DNA of 13,706 nt from assembly GCA_964407925.1 (NCBI GenBank), contig CAYOXM010000029.1:1-13706 (forward strand), read 5' to 3'. Positions 1-7,150 of the stretch are shown in pieces. The notes beneath the pieces are model-generated. The model searched no databases and had not been told where the DNA came from. It saw nothing but the letters and a program-made list of their open reading frames with translations. This DNA is from an uncultured Gammaproteobacteria bacterium (lineage in GTDB: Bacteria; Patescibacteriota; Patescibacteriia; SG8-24). The position numbers were made by a program, and so were the translations under genes. Within the stretch, counting starts at the first letter, position 1; each line of letters starts with the position of its first letter.

Positions 1-1335
1 ATCGCCGGCGCGTATTGGCGCGGCGACCAGGCGAACAAGCAGCTGCAGCGCGTCTACGGCCTCGCTTTCGCGACGAAGGAGGACTTGGCGAACTACCTCG
101 CCATGATGGAAGAGGCGGAGAAACGCGACCACCGCAAGCTCGGCGCCGAGCTCGACCTCTTCGTGTTTTCCGACCTCGTCGGTCCGGGCCTGCCGCTCTT
201 CACGCCGCGCGGCCAGTTCATCCGCGCCGCGCTCGACGGCTACGTTTGGGAGATGCGCTCCGCCAAGGGCTACGAGCGCGTCGAGATTCCGCACATCACG
301 AAGAAGGACCTGTACGAGAAGAGCGGGCACTGGGCGAAGTACAAGGACGACCTCTTCAAGTTCACGACGCGCGAAGGGCACGAGTTCGCGATGAAGCCGA
401 TGAACTGCCCGCACCACACGCAGATCTACAACCGCCGCCAATGGAGCTATCGCGACCTTCCGCAGCGGTACGCCAATTCGACGATGTGCTACCGCGACGA
501 GCAGACGGGCGAGCTCTCCGGACTCTCCCGCGTCCGCGCCTTCACGCAGGACGACGCGCACGTCTTCTGCCGGATGGATCAGGTGAAGAAGGAGACGCTC
601 ATCATTTGGGACATCATCCATAAGTTCTACGGCGTGTTCGGTCTGAAGCTTTCGCTCCGCCTGTCGCTGCACGACCCGAAGCATCCCGAGAAATACCTCG
701 GCGACAAGGCGTTGTGGGCGAAGGCCGAGGGCGCGCTCCGCGAAGTCGCGAACGCCAAGAAAGTGAAGTTCGTCGAGGCTCCGGGCGAAGCGGCCTTCTA
801 CGGCCCCAAGCTCGACTTCATGGCCGTCGACTCCATCGGCCGGTCGTGGCAGGTGGCGACCATCCAGCTCGACATGGTCATGCCGGAGCGGTTCGACCTG
901 ACCTGCGTGAACGATAAGGGCGAGAAGGAACGCATCGTGATGATCCATGCCGCCATCATGGGTTCGATCGACCGCTTCATGTCGGTGCTCATCGAGCACG
1001 TCGGGGGCGCGTTCCCGGCCTGGCTCGCGCCGACGCAGGTGCAGATCATCCCGGTCGGCAAGGATCACTGGAATGTCGCGAAGAAGTTGAACGACCTGCT
1101 CGCCGCCGAGGGCATCCGCACCGCTTGGGACGAACTGCGCGAGACGGTCGGCTACAAGATACGCAAGTCCGAAAAGATGAAGATCCCGTATATGCTCGTC
1201 ATCGGCGACAAGGAGAAGTCGCTCAAGACCGTGAACGTCCGCATCCGCGGCAAGAAGACGGAGAAGCGGATGACGCTCAAGCAGTTCGTGACGTACGTGA
1301 AGGAGAACGCGGCGAAGAAGAAGTTGGCGCCGTAA
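1..1335 (+). CDS. thrS: Threonyl-tRNA synthetase, C-terminal about 445 aa; 5' end lies outside the window
   Basis: The frame is open from base 1. The class II aaRS catalytic core and anticodon-binding region are recognisable (HRKLGAELDLF, MKPMNCPHH, FTQDDAHVFC, GPKLDF, IHAAIMGSIDRFM). TAA stop at 1333-1335. Confidence 0.9.
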   Translation: MAGAYWRGDQANKQLQRVYGLAFATKEDLANYLAMMEEAEKRDHRKLGAELDLFVFSDLVGPGLPLFTPRGQFIRAALDGYVWEMRSAKGYERVEIPHITKKDLYEKSGHWAKYKDDLFKFTTREGHEFAMKPMNCPHHTQIYNRRQWSYRDLPQRYANSTMCYRDEQTGELSGLSRVRAFTQDDAHVFCRMDQVKKETLIIWDIIHKFYGVFGLKLSLRLSLHDPKHPEKYLGDKALWAKAEGALREVANAKKVKFVEAPGEAAFYGPKLDFMAVDSIGRSWQVATIQLDMVMPERFDLTCVNDKGEKERIVMIHAAIMGSIDRFMSVLIEHVGGAFPAWLAPTQVQIIPVGKDHWNVAKKLNDLLAAEGIRTAWDELRETVGYKIRKSEKMKIPYMLVIGDKEKSLKTVNVRIRGKKTEKRMTLKQFVTYVKENAAKKKLAP

Positions 1336-1348
1336 TGCGCGAACGCGA

Positions 1349-1402
1349 GGGTCCGCCTTCCGTGACCTGCGAAAACGGTCACGGCAAGGCGGACCCTTTG
1401 CG
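1349..1402 (+). terminator. Long stem-loop immediately downstream of thrS. The arms are 19 nt (GGGTCCGCCTTCCGTGACC) and 20 nt (GGTCACGGCAAGGCGGACCC) with one bulged base, followed by TTTG. Probably the thrS terminator or a 3'-UTR structure.
   Basis: Complementarity read directly from the sequence. The T-run is short, so this is not a textbook intrinsic terminator. Confidence 0.45.
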
Positions 1403-1445
1403 ATCGCGGTGGTGTGCCGCGTTCAGGTGGGGGATGGGATAGCGA

Positions 1446-1476
1446 AAACCGCCTCGAATGGCGGTTTTCGGTCACG
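1446..1476. terminator. Bidirectional intrinsic terminator: AAAACCGCC-tcgaat-GGCGGTTTT
   Basis: 9-bp GC-rich stem flanked by an A-run and a T-run. It sits between convergent thrS (+) and the coiled-coil gene that ends at 1491 (-). Confidence 0.55.
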
Positions 1477-1490
1477 CTCTCTGATATCTT

Positions 1491-2579
1491 TTATGGTTTG
1501 CGGCGTTCGCCCTTGAGCTTCATCGCCTGGGCGACCTGTTCGGGCCGGTTGAGGCGGTTTTCGGTCTCATTGAGTTCCTCTTGACGTTCGGAGTAGCGAT
1601 CGCGGAGGCGTCGGTAGTCCTCAAGTGCGGCGTTCTTCATGCTCTCCTTCTTGCTGAACAGTCCGCCGAAGAAGCTCTTCAGCGATTCCCATCCGCTCGA
1701 TGCGCGTTTCGTCATCTCCGCGTCGGCATCCTGGATGCCGAATTCGCGGTGCAGGCGCCGTTCGGCGGCCGTGACGGCGTTCTGGAGCCCGGGAAGTTCA
1801 GCGCGGAGCAGCTCCGCACGCTCCTCAAGCAACGACTGGTCTTGCGAGCGTCCCTCGTGCCGGTCCTGACGGCGCTGGCCGAGCCGTTCCGTCTCGGTCG
1901 CCTCGAGCTCCTCGCCGGCCTCGTGGGCGGCGCTGATTTTTTCGCCGCGGGCGAAGAACGCATCCTCGGCGGCCTGTTCGTTCAGTTCCGCGAGGTCGAC
2001 GTCGACGCTCTCGTGCTCCTCGGCGGCTGACGCCATCTTCTTCGGAATTTCCACGTCGACGAGCGTGTCGCGGTTTGCCTCGCGTTCCAGGTTCTCGAAC
2101 GCCGCTTCGAGATCGGCCTTGTGTTCTTCGTAGGTGCGCGGCGGTTCGCCGGCCTTGCGCGGGCCGGGTTTCGCGGCCGGCTTCGCCTTGCGCGATTTCG
2201 GCGCGAGCTTTTCGAGCGGCGGGGCGGACGTCACGATGCCCTCGAGCTCGTCGCGCTTGCGGCCGAGCTCCTCGATGTTGCGGTCGATTTCGGCGTTGAT
2301 CTTTTTCGCCATCGATTCCGAGAGCGCGGAGTTTTTCAGGTTGACCTCCTTCTGTTCGGCCATCTGTTCCATCTTCCGCGTCAGCGCCGCGGCGGATTCG
2401 CCGCCGTCGCGCAGCACCACGCCCGACTCGCGGTCGTTCGTCTCGTTCGCGGGTTCGCTCCTGAGCTCGGACGCGTCGGTCAGCCCCTCCATCTCGACGG
2501 GGGACTCCTCTTTCTTTTTCTTGCCGCGCCGTTTCGGCAGTTCCGGCGGCTTCGCGCGTCCGTGTTCGGCTCGCATCAT
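1491..2579 (-). CDS. Coiled-coil protein B, about 362 aa, E/K/R/A-rich; paralog of the upstream gene. Unknown function.
   Basis: Minus-strand ORF with protein-like coiled-coil composition; the plus-strand frames here are low-complexity junk. It shares a C-terminal module with protein A (RDTLVD; AEDAFFARGEKISAAHEAGEELE; GIQDADAEMTKRASSGWESLKSFFGGLFSKK). The start is placed at the ATG-ATG at 2579/2576 because the ORF track's start at 2825 would run through the upstream gene's terminator. An alternative start is the ATG at 2492, preceded by GAGGAG 12 nt upstream. TAA stop at 1491-1493. Confidence 0.6.
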   Translation of the reverse strand: MMRAEHGRAKPPELPKRRGKKKKEESPVEMEGLTDASELRSEPANETNDRESGVVLRDGGESAAALTRKMEQMAEQKEVNLKNSALSESMAKKINAEIDRNIEELGRKRDELEGIVTSAPPLEKLAPKSRKAKPAAKPGPRKAGEPPRTYEEHKADLEAAFENLEREANRDTLVDVEIPKKMASAAEEHESVDVDLAELNEQAAEDAFFARGEKISAAHEAGEELEATETERLGQRRQDRHEGRSQDQSLLEERAELLRAELPGLQNAVTAAERRLHREFGIQDADAEMTKRASSGWESLKSFFGGLFSKKESMKNAALEDYRRLRDRYSERQEELNETENRLNRPEQVAQAMKLKGERRKP

Positions 2580-2620
2580 AAGGGTGGCGGTGAGGGCTGT
2601 GGATGTGTGGTTACGAGGGC

Positions 2621-2629
2621 ATTCTAGCA
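2621..2629 (-). promoter_or_regulatory. Extended -10 promoter element TGcTAGAAT on the minus strand, located between the protein-A terminator and the protein-B start.
   Basis: Reverse complement of attctagca. This fits the TGnTAnAAT consensus. The -35 is weak (TTTTGC/TTTGCG), which is typical for extended -10 promoters. Confidence 0.4.
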
Positions 2630-2645
2630 CGAACGCCGCAGACGC

Positions 2646-2674
2646 AAAACCCGCCCCTGTGCGGGGCGGGTTTT
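2646..2674 (-). terminator. Intrinsic terminator AAAA-CCCGCCCC-tgtgc-GGGGCGGG-TTTT, bidirectional in form, 12 nt downstream of the protein-A stop.
   Basis: Perfect 8-bp G/C stem flanked by an A-run and a T-run; on the minus strand it reads hairpin then TTTTGCG. Confidence 0.7.
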
Positions 2675-2685
2675 CGGCCGTGCGA

Positions 2686-4089
2686 TTACTGGCGGCCCTG
2701 GCGGTTTTCCATGGCGATGCGCGCCATTTCCTTCTGCCTGTCGGTAGGGTTGAGCTGCATGTCGAGTTTGGCGAGCTTGTCTGCCATCTCGTTATGCTGG
2801 TCACGGACGCTCTCGTACAGGCCAACGGCGTGGTTCAGCTCGCGGGCCTTCTTATTGAAGAGTCCGCCGAGGAATCCCTTAGCCTTGCCGAAGAAGCCGT
2901 CCTTGGCGCGCTGCGTCATCATTCCGTCGACGTCCTTTACGCCGAGGTCGTTGAGGTACTTCTCGGCACGGGCGAGCTGGCGCTGCATTTCCGGCATCTG
3001 GCTGCGGAGCTTCTCCGCTTCCTGAGCCATCTCCGCGCGCTCGGCGCCGGCGTCGCCGCGCCGTTCCGCGGCGCTGCGGTTCTCGAGCGTCTGGCCCGCG
3101 CGATGGACGGCATCGATGACTTCTCCCTTCTGGAAGAATTCGTCCTCGGCCTTGGTGTCCGCGGGTTCGTCAATGAGTTCTTCCGCCTGGACTTCGATTT
3201 CCGGTTCGTCGACGAGGGTGTCGCGTCGGTCTTCGGCGACGTTTTCCATGCGTCCGGCCATTCCGGCATCGGGGAGCGTGTCGCGTTTGCCCGCCTCCTC
3301 CTCTTTGACGCGCTGCTTTTCAATTTCGAGAAGACCTTGCACGTCGATCGGATCTTCCTGTGCGATCTTATCCATGGCCGCCATCTTTTCGTCCACGCGC
3401 TCGCCCATGGCGGCGATGCGTTTTTCGCGCGCGTCTTCATTGAGTTCCGTAAGGTCGACGTCGACCTCTTCCGGCGTCGCTTCTTTGAGCGGCTCGAGCG
3501 CCGCGTCGATGTCGGCTTCGGTCGCGCCGGCGAGTTCCGCCTTGGCGGCGGCTTCCTTGGCGACGTACTTGTCCTTCATTCCGCCGAGTTCGTTGCGCGC
3601 TTCCTGCCATGCGGCGGTGGCGTCTTCAAGCTGGCGTTCCAGCTTCGCCTTCGCGTCCGGGTTCTTCTCGTTCTTGTAGTCAGCTTCGAGGCCGCGCATG
3701 ATCGCTTCGGCGTCGGCGACGTTGTCCTTCAGCTCGCCGACGCGGTAGGCGTCGATCTGGAAGGCGTTCGCCTCCTTGCCGTACTTGCCGAGGACGGCGT
3801 TGACCTTGTCCTGCAGCGAATCGATTTCCTTGTCGATGGCGCCGGACGCGACCCCGGGCTTCAGCTCAAGGACGTTGCCGGCCTTGGCGAGCTCGTTCTT
3901 CTGGTCGATCATCTTGTCGCGCTTCGCTTCGAGGGCGAGGAGCGCTTCGGCATCCTTCATGAAGTCCGGCATCCCGGGCTCCGCGCCTTCCGCCTCCAGC
4001 TCGTCGGCGACGCTCTCGAGGTCGTGCTTAGGTTTGCGTTCCTTTGACGCTTCGTTAGGCATCATAGGGGAGGATTCCCTGCTGCGCAT
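2686..4089 (-). CDS. Coiled-coil protein A, 467 aa, D/E/K/A-rich with long predicted helices. Unknown function; paralog of protein B.
   Basis: GC3 of the minus frame is about 85% in a sampled stretch (3361-3420). The only plus-strand ORF here (2134-4047) is Ser/Ala-rich with no protein-like composition. Motifs shared with B: RDTLVD, EDEFFQKGEVIDAVHRAGQTLE, and GVKDVDGMMTQRAKDGFFGKAKGFLGGLFNKK. There is an internal repeat of the DVDLxELNE block. No Walker or other catalytic motifs are seen. Start is the ATG at 4089 (alternatively the ATG at 4065/4062); no Shine-Dalgarno (SD) sequence is present. TAA stop at 2686-2688. Confidence 0.7.
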   Translation of the reverse strand: MRSRESSPMMPNEASKERKPKHDLESVADELEAEGAEPGMPDFMKDAEALLALEAKRDKMIDQKNELAKAGNVLELKPGVASGAIDKEIDSLQDKVNAVLGKYGKEANAFQIDAYRVGELKDNVADAEAIMRGLEADYKNEKNPDAKAKLERQLEDATAAWQEARNELGGMKDKYVAKEAAAKAELAGATEADIDAALEPLKEATPEEVDVDLTELNEDAREKRIAAMGERVDEKMAAMDKIAQEDPIDVQGLLEIEKQRVKEEEAGKRDTLPDAGMAGRMENVAEDRRDTLVDEPEIEVQAEELIDEPADTKAEDEFFQKGEVIDAVHRAGQTLENRSAAERRGDAGAERAEMAQEAEKLRSQMPEMQRQLARAEKYLNDLGVKDVDGMMTQRAKDGFFGKAKGFLGGLFNKKARELNHAVGLYESVRDQHNEMADKLAKLDMQLNPTDRQKEMARIAMENRQGRQ

Positions 4090-4119
4090 AGGGAAAATCG
4101 ATAGGGTTAATCACCCGTT

Positions 4120-4148
4120 AGCATAGCATTTTTTTGCTCCGTTGTCAA
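4120..4148 (-). promoter_or_regulatory. Sigma70-like promoter on the minus strand: TTGACA (4148..4143), 17-nt spacer, TATGCT (4125..4120). It lies in an AT-rich gap and drives protein A.
   Basis: Perfect -35 consensus with 17-bp spacing in a locally AT-rich intergenic region of a GC-rich genome. The predicted transcription start is near 4113, about 24 nt before the ATG at 4089. Confidence 0.5.
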
Positions 4149-4174
4149 TCATTTTGGACATTTTTTGCCTAAAG

Positions 4175-4217
4175 AAAGATAAAAAATACCGTGACTGGAT
4201 CACGGTATCCGTCACGG
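4175..4217 (-). terminator. Hairpin (CCGTGA-ctgga-TCACGG, or alternatively CCGTGAC/GTCACGG) followed on the minus strand by TATTTTTTAT. Putative terminator of the small gene; it overlaps that gene's stop codon.
   Basis: Inverted repeats and a 6-T run read on the minus strand. The stem is short (6-7 bp), hence the moderate confidence. Confidence 0.4.
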
Positions 4218-4604
4218 TTTCGCTTGGAGAAGCTGGATCAGCGGTTCGACGCGCTCGAGGCCGCTGGCCGTTGTGATTTTGAGGAAGGACCCCGCCTCTC
4301 GGCGGGTATCTTCTTTGACGGCAGCCTTGAACGGCTCCGTCACCACAACGATGTACCCATCATTGTGCCTCATGATCTTTTCGACCTTCGCGACGCCCGT
4401 CAGGTCATCGCCGTTCCTCACGACGCAGGTGAGCGTCTGAAGCCAGGGAAGGGGGAGCAGCGGTCCCGGCGCATGGAGCTCCATCAGGAGGCGGTTGCAG
4501 CGGATGTGCGCTGCGGTGACGGAGAGGATGCGGCCGAAGAGGCGCTGATCTGTTGTCCTGGAGGTGAAAAGGCCGCGGACGTTGCTTTGATTTTTTTCTT
4601 GCAC
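4212..4604 (-). CDS. Small hypothetical protein, about 130 aa. Function unknown.
   Basis: The minus frame has GC3 of 75-80% in two sampled 60-nt stretches, against about 50% for the competing plus ORF (4191-4637). The proposed start is the GTG at 4604, with AAAGGGGG placed 6 nt upstream. Alternatives are the TTG at 4634, which the ORF track used, or the ATG at 4484. TGA stop at 4212-4214. No recognisable domain by eye. Confidence 0.5.
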   Translation of the reverse strand: MQEKNQSNVRGLFTSRTTDQRLFGRILSVTAAHIRCNRLLMELHAPGPLLPLPWLQTLTCVVRNGDDLTGVAKVEKIMRHNDGYIVVVTEPFKAAVKEDTRREAGSFLKITTASGLERVEPLIQLLQAKP

Positions 4605-4649
4605 GGCGGACCCCCTTTCGGGGTGAGGGTTCAATAGCCAGCTAGCCAG

Positions 4650-4668
4650 ATTTTAGGCCGTTTGTCAA
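4650..4668 (-). promoter_or_regulatory. Possible promoter for the small gene: a perfect TTGACA (4668..4663) and a TAAAAT (4655..4650), but they are only 7 nt apart. One of the two is probably functional with a weak partner.
   Basis: Both hexamers were read on the minus strand. The spacing is not canonical, so confidence is low. Confidence 0.25.
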
Positions 4669-4880
4669 GGGTGGCTCGGACGCATGCCCTGCGGACACGG
4701 GATAGCCGCTTCTGGCGGCTTCCCTCGCACTCGGAGCGAACGGCTCGCGACTAAAGTCGCGGCCGCTTCGCTCCTGCGCGCGCGGTCCGTCAGGGCGTGC
4801 GTCCTTCGCTGGCGGAGTCGCGGCGGCTTCGCGTCATGCGCCACGGTCGACCGCAGGGGGCAACCTTCGCTGGCTCAGGT

Positions 4881-4909
4881 AAAGAAAAACCCGCCGCCGA
4901 TGCGGTGGG
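4881..4909 (-). terminator. Putative intrinsic terminator of the flotillin gene: CCCACCGC-atcg-GCGGCGGG (one mismatch) followed by TTTTTCTTT on the minus strand.
   Basis: Read on the minus strand about 35 nt after the TGA at 4943-4945. Suggests the flotillin gene is monocistronic. Confidence 0.45.
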
Positions 4910-4942
4910 TCAAGTCGTTCGCGGGAGGAGAGTCGTGACGCC

Positions 4943-6982
4943 TCAGGCCTGCTTCGGGGTGGCGCCGTTGCCGGGGCCTTCCTTACGGGTCGCGGGCGCA
5001 GGTTCGACCGCTGCCGGCGCTGCGGATGCCGCGACCGTCGCGCCGCCGAGCAGTCCGCCGGAGCGGAGGCCCTTGATGAGCGTCGCCGCGAGGCCTTCGG
5101 TGGCACCGCCGCCGCCCGTGACGAGAACGTCCGGGACGAGCCGCGTGTTGCTGCGCGCGATCGCTTCGAGGGCGTTGACGATGGCCGTCGCTTCCTTGCC
5201 GAGCGAGTCGACCTGCTTCTGGTAGCCGGCCGCCTTGGCTTCGCCGATCGCCTTGATCTCTGCGCCCTTGGCTTCGCCGACCTTGTTGAGGTAGTAGGCC
5301 TCGCCATCGGCTTCCTTCTGGCGCGACTGCGCCTGGTTGCCCTTGATGTCGATGCCGACCTTTGATCGCGCGAGGTCTGCCTGCATGTCGGCCGTGCCTT
5401 TCGCCATTTCCATGGCGACGCGCTGGTCCTCGGACTCCTTCTGCTTCTTGAACGTCTCGATTTCCTGGTTGGCGATCTCGCGTTCCGTCAGCACCTTCAC
5501 CAGCTCCTCGGGCAGGATGACGTCCTGGATGTAGACGCCCTTCGTCTCCACCTTGTAGTCCTTGAGCTGTGCGCTGATGTGCTCGTTCGCCTTGGACTGG
5601 ACGTCCTGGCGCTTGGCGATGAAGTCCACGGCCGGCATGCTCTGCAGCTTGTCGCGGAAGTGGTTGCCCACCGCCGCCTGCAGGACCTCGTTGACGAGGT
5701 TGTGCATGGTGCCGACGCTCGAGATGACCTTGGGGGCCATGGCGTCGGGGACGTGGATCTGGACCTGCAGGTCGATCTTGAAGACGAACCCTTCGTTCGA
5801 CTTCGCGACGATCTGCTGGAGGCCCTGATCGAGCGTGTGCGCCTTCGACGTCGCGTCCGCCCAGTTCAGGGTGAGGATCGCCGTCGGGACGAGTTCCGCC
5901 TCGTAGCAACGCGGGTTGAGCGCGTACTTGCCGGTGCGGAGCGGCTCTTGCCAGATGCCGCGGTGGCCCGGCTTCACGATGGAGCCGTGCTTGAACTGCT
6001 CGCCGGACGTGTCCTCGGTCGGCAGGCCGACGTAGGCCTTGATGACCGCGACCTCGCCTTGCTTCACGACGAGCATGCGCACGAAGTCGACCTTCACCAG
6101 GAACGGGTTCAGCGTGTACTCGCCGTAGAGCAGCGGATCGTGCTGAAGCCCGATCTTGCCGCCCGCGTCGAGGAACGCCTGGAAGTCCTGGTAGTTGTTG
6201 TGCTTGTCGTTCTTGGTGCCGAGCACCTTCTCGACGAGCTCCGCGTCCTTGCAGTCGCGGCCTTCCATCTCGGAGATGTCCGTGAAACCGCCCAGGCGGC
6301 AGGCGATGTCGCCCGAGGCGAGCGGGTCGCCTTCGAACGTCGTCACGATGCCGACGATGTCGGTCACCTTGCCGCCCTCCTCCTTCATCGGCTGGATGCG
6401 CACCAGCTTGAGCTGGTCCGGCGTCAGGCCGAAGGCACCGCAGTTGAGCTCTCCCTTGCCGTACCGCCGCAGCTCGGGCGAGACGGGGAGGCCGAACACC
6501 TTCTTCTGCGTGATGACGAGGAAGGCGACGGGATGGAGCGGCAGGAGCGTGCCCGGAGGCAGCACCGGCCGTTGGACGCCCTTCTGCCCCTCGCCGGTCA
6601 GGAACTCTTGGACCTTCGAGAAGTTGCCGAACTCCTTCTTGTACTTCGCCGATTTGGCGCCGTTCGGAAGGGGTTTGCCGACCTGGGCGATGACCACGCC
6701 GATCTCGTCGGACGCGACCTGGACCCACGGGAACTTCTGGACGCCGTAGAGCGGCCAGAACTTGAACCGGAGACCGGGCATGAGGAGCTCGGCCTGATAG
6801 CCCGCCTCGCCGTTGAAGGCGATGGGGTTGTCGTCGGTGAGCTTCTTCGTGGACCACCGCTTGGTGATCAGGCCTACCTCGGTCGGACCGACCGAGTGGA
6901 CGGACTTGAGGACGATGAACGCCAGCGTGAGCGTGGCGAAGATCGCCGCGTACAGCGCCGGGTTCAGCAGAATTTCAGCCAT
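4943..6982 (-). CDS. Flotillin-like SPFH/band-7 membrane protein (YqiK/FloT type), about 679 aa.
   Basis: N-terminal transmembrane helix (ILLNPALYAAIFATLTLAFIVL), then a long SPFH-like region, then the flotillin EA/coiled-coil region (GEAKGAEIKAIGEAKAAGYQKQ). The C-terminus has RLVPDVLVTGGGGATEGL, which resembles the conserved flotillin tail (…IVIIDGGSGG…). Start is the ATG at 6982, with a perfect AAGGAG 8 nt upstream. The ORF track's longer N-terminal extension has no SD and is not protein-like. TGA stop at 4943-4945. Confidence 0.85.
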   Translation of the reverse strand: MAEILLNPALYAAIFATLTLAFIVLKSVHSVGPTEVGLITKRWSTKKLTDDNPIAFNGEAGYQAELLMPGLRFKFWPLYGVQKFPWVQVASDEIGVVIAQVGKPLPNGAKSAKYKKEFGNFSKVQEFLTGEGQKGVQRPVLPPGTLLPLHPVAFLVITQKKVFGLPVSPELRRYGKGELNCGAFGLTPDQLKLVRIQPMKEEGGKVTDIVGIVTTFEGDPLASGDIACRLGGFTDISEMEGRDCKDAELVEKVLGTKNDKHNNYQDFQAFLDAGGKIGLQHDPLLYGEYTLNPFLVKVDFVRMLVVKQGEVAVIKAYVGLPTEDTSGEQFKHGSIVKPGHRGIWQEPLRTGKYALNPRCYEAELVPTAILTLNWADATSKAHTLDQGLQQIVAKSNEGFVFKIDLQVQIHVPDAMAPKVISSVGTMHNLVNEVLQAAVGNHFRDKLQSMPAVDFIAKRQDVQSKANEHISAQLKDYKVETKGVYIQDVILPEELVKVLTEREIANQEIETFKKQKESEDQRVAMEMAKGTADMQADLARSKVGIDIKGNQAQSRQKEADGEAYYLNKVGEAKGAEIKAIGEAKAAGYQKQVDSLGKEATAIVNALEAIARSNTRLVPDVLVTGGGGATEGLAATLIKGLRSGGLLGGATVAASAAPAAVEPAPATRKEGPGNGATPKQA

Positions 6983-7104
6983 TTTTCTCTCTCCTTGCGC
7001 GAATTGTGAGGGAACTTTTGCCGCCTTTTGGCGGGCTCCCCGTGTCTTCGGGAAGCGCCACCACTGTGCGCTTTCTGCCGAAAAAGTCAATGCCCCCGCG
7101 ACTG

Positions 7105-7133
7105 TTGACGGTGGCCTTTTACGGTGCTAATTT
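7105..7133 (+). promoter_or_regulatory. Putative sigma70 promoter for miaB: TTGACG, 17-nt spacer, TAATTT.
   Basis: Hexamers with canonical spacing lie 18 nt upstream of the ATG at 7151, in the divergent region between the flotillin gene and miaB. Weak SD (AGGCGGA). Confidence 0.35.
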
Positions 7134-7150
7134 TAGGCGGATTTACGCTT

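Noticed and set aside
15-623. 202-aa plus ORF overlapping thrS in another frame, and other short ORFs inside thrS
   Set aside because: Off-frame Arg/Pro-rich artefacts. The thrS frame carries the class II aaRS motifs.
2134-4047. 637-aa plus-strand ORF overlapping the coiled-coil genes
   Set aside because: Ser/Ala/Phe-rich low-complexity translation (SSSS runs, no domain-like segments). The minus-strand frame has GC3 of about 85% and encodes coherent coiled-coil proteins.
4191-4637. 148-aa plus-strand ORF opposite the small hypothetical gene
   Set aside because: GC3 is about 50% in sampled stretches against 75-80% for the minus-strand frame, and the translation is Arg-rich and irregular.
4983-6857. 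624-aa minus-strand ORF, out of frame with the flotillin gene
   Set aside because: Arg/Gly/Pro-rich translation typical of an off-frame reading in high-GC DNA. The in-frame flotillin product has a clear transmembrane helix, SPFH region and flotillin tail.
5579-7009. 476-aa plus-strand ORF antisense to the flotillin gene
   Set aside because: Leu/Arg/Asp-rich antisense artefact with no motifs. The opposite strand is clearly coding.
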